This document shows, piece by piece, positions 62,201 to 64,000 of a stretch of 64,000 bases of DNA. Location: positions 372,001 through 436,000 of the forward strand of contig JAPDFW010000069.1 in assembly GCA_028826165.1 (NCBI GenBank), read 5' to 3'. The DNA comes from Anaeramoeba ignava BMAN (Eukaryota; Protista; Anaeramoebae). Each line of letters begins with the position of its first letter. The stretch's first letter is position 1. A model generated the notes under the pieces. It had not been told where the DNA came from and searched no databases. It saw only the letters and a program-made list of their open reading frames with translations. The translations under genes and the position numbers were made by a program.

Positions 62201-62800
62201 AACAGTTTCTTTATTTCCAAATATTAATTATCAATTATCAATTTAAACAGTTTCTTTATTTCCAAATATCAATTATTAATTATCAATTTAAACAGTTTCT
62301 TTATTTCCAAATATCAATTATTAATTATCAATTTAAACAGTTTCTTTATTTCCAAATATTAATTATCAATTATCAATTTAAACAGTTTCTTTATTTCCAA
62401 ATATCAATTATCAAATATCAATTTAAACAGTTCTTTATTTCCAAATATCAATTATTAATTATCAATTTAAACAGTTTCTTTATTTCCAAATATCAATTAT
62501 CAATTATCAATTTAATTATCAATTTAAACAGTTCTTTATTTTCCAATTTAATTATTAATTATCAATTTCTCCTATTTCCAAATATCAATTATTAGTTATC
62601 AATTTAAACAGTTCTTCTATTTCCAAATATCAATTATTAATTATCAATTTCTCCTTATTTTCAAATATTATCAATTATTAATTATCAATTTAAACAGTTT
62701 CTTTATTTTCAAATATCAATTATTAATTATCAATTTAAACAGTTCTTTATTTCCAAATATCAATTATCAATTTAAACAGTTCTTTATTTCCAATTTAATT
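59240..62800. repeat. Modular variant minisatellite, about 3.5 kb
   Basis: Two cores (aatttaaacagtt[t]ctttatttcc; aatttctcc[t]tatttcc) joined by short linkers (aaatatc, aattatc, aatttaattatc, aattattaattatc) in irregular order. Confidence 0.9.
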
Positions 62801-63064
62801 CAGAACTATGATCATTTAAAAAAAGTAAGAAAATTTGCTTTATTTTTTAACTAACAAAATCAATCAAAAATTCTATCAAAAAATAAGATTGTTGCTTTGT
62901 TGCTTTGTTACTTAAATTTATTTATTTTTCTTTCTTTTTCTTTTTTTTTTTTTTTTATTTAATAAAATTAAAATTAAAATTGAAATTTGTTTTTGTTTTT
63001 ATTTTTGTTTTTCTTTTTGTTGTTGTTTTTGTTTTTGTTTGTGTTGTTGAATTGAATAAAAAAA

Positions 63065-63781
63065 TTAATTCCTTTTCTCAAGTGAAAACCAAAGAATAAA
63101 AATAGGTTCATCCAATACTCGGAAATACATTTTTCCAACAAATAAATTAGTATTGGGAATTTGACGAATTTCATCAAGAAGTGGAGCAACTTCAATAGCA
63201 TTATTTCCATAAACATCATAATCAATTTTCAAACTGTAATAAGAAGAATTTTGAACTGCTGGAGAAATATAAATCTTCATTGGATAATCTTCTGAATGCT
63301 TCATTGGCCAATAATTGGTTCCACTTCTATTGTGAGCATCGTTTTGTGGATAAAATCTTTTCTGGAAATTTAAACCTTGAGAAAAAAGTTCATCTGTAAA
63401 AATATCAGGAGTTTGACCTGTCAAAAGCTCAAAAACATCTTTTCCAAGAGTTCCAAAATCAACATAATTCACAATCCCATCATATCGATTCCCTCTCATA
63501 CTTTGAGTTGATGGACATACTCCCCAATCAAATAAAGTTTGTAAATCCTTATTAGAAAAAAAAAAAAAGCAAAAAAAATGAATATGAATTTTTGTTGCAT
63601 TTTGGAATTGTTTTACTCCTTTATCAGTTGAAGATAAATCCCAAAGATGATAAGAATAATTGGATATGAAAACACCTGTGCGAACATAACATTCCAAAGG
63701 AGTGTATTTGGATAAGTCACAACTTTGACAAATAGCAAATAAAAAGAAAAGAGAAAGTGAAAGGAATTGAAAAACTTTCAT
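63065..63781 (-). CDS. Secreted protein of unknown function, probable 69-nt in-frame intron 63616-63548
   Basis: Hydrophobic signal peptide MKVFQFLSLSLFFLFAICQS; C-terminal KIDY...LLDEIRQIP..NLFVGKMY...LWFSL. Confidence 0.7.
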   Translation of the reverse strand: MKVFQFLSLSLFFLFAICQSCDLSKYTPLECYVRTGVFISNYSYHLWDLSSTDKGVKQFQNATKIHIHFFCFFFFSNKDLQTLFDWGVCPSTQSMRGNRYDGIVNYVDFGTLGKDVFELLTGQTPDIFTDELFSQGLNFQKRFYPQNDAHNRSGTNYWPMKHSEDYPMKIYISPAVQNSSYYSLKIDYDVYGNNAIEVAPLLDEIRQIPNTNLFVGKMYFRVLDEPIFILWFSLEKRN

Positions 63782-63868
63782 TTTTGGAAATGAAAAAGAA
63801 AAATGGAAAAAAAGTGAAAAAAATTTTTTTATTTTTTTTTAATTTTTAAGTGTTTTTTTTTGTCTGGA

Positions 63869-64000
63869 ATGGAAAAAGAAAAAGACAGAAAAATGCAAAT
63901 TTTCATATTTGGAAACGCAGAAACAGGAAAACAAAGCATTGTGTTAAGATATTATCACGATCGTTTTATTGAAGAAACTGTCTCTCTATTTCATGAAGAC
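63869..64000 (+). CDS. Ras-superfamily small GTPase-like protein with degenerate P-loop, 5' part only
   Basis: MEKEKDRKMQIFIFGNAETGKQSIVLRYYHDRFIEETVSLFHED resembles the beta1-G1-alpha1 region of Ras/Rab; not in the ORF track (truncated by window end). Confidence 0.7.
   Translation, partial: MEKEKDRKMQIFIFGNAETGKQSIVLRYYHDRFIEETVSLFHED

Noticed and set aside
59240-62800. CRISPR-like array, or array of micro-exons (minus-strand aag|AAACT|gttt)
   Set aside because: No unique spacers and no cas genes. The AG..GT units are 4-5 nt (frame-breaking), mostly closer than the smallest intron seen (58 nt), and have no flanking host exons.
1-64000. Alternative genetic code or non-canonical splice sites
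   Set aside because: Conserved genes read through in the standard code, and every intron I resolved is GT-AG.
1-64000. tRNA, rRNA, transposase, reverse transcriptase or intein sequences
   Set aside because: None recognised by eye; no GC-rich structured RNA segment or mobile-element ORF seen.

Overview
Very AT-rich, gene-dense, intron-containing eukaryotic DNA (standard code, GT-AG introns mostly about 58-110 nt). The style suggests an anaerobic metamonad amoeba such as Anaeramoeba; this is inference, not tested. About 22 protein genes are present. Housekeeping-type genes: a CH-domain actin-binding protein (partial), ankyrin-MIT, a divergent histone H4, an LRR protein, an AUR1-like IPC synthase, a UPL3/TRIP12-type HECT ligase, alpha-tubulin, UBLCP1, BROX, a PAS protein, an NBR1-like receptor, PLPBP, NCAPG2 and a degenerate Ras-like GTPase (partial). 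There are also six genes with a repeat domain fused to tandem BTB domains (4 RCC1-BTB, 2 ankyrin-BTB). Several kb-scale AT satellites separate the gene blocks. Main find: the ankyrin-BTB gene at 38054-43388 (-), mostly missed by the ORF track, has about one ankyrin repeat per phase-0 exon. The hairpin-tip residues between repeats come from 11 candidate micro-exons of 3 or 6 nt (AG|NNN|GT). These restore canonical ankyrin spacing, and one junction carries surplus codon-exons. The four RCC1-BTB paralogues show CDR-like hypervariable loops on a near-invariant scaffold. A second ankyrin-BTB gene diversifies by repeat recombination. Together they suggest a diversified Cullin-3 adaptor (recognition-to-ubiquitin) repertoire.
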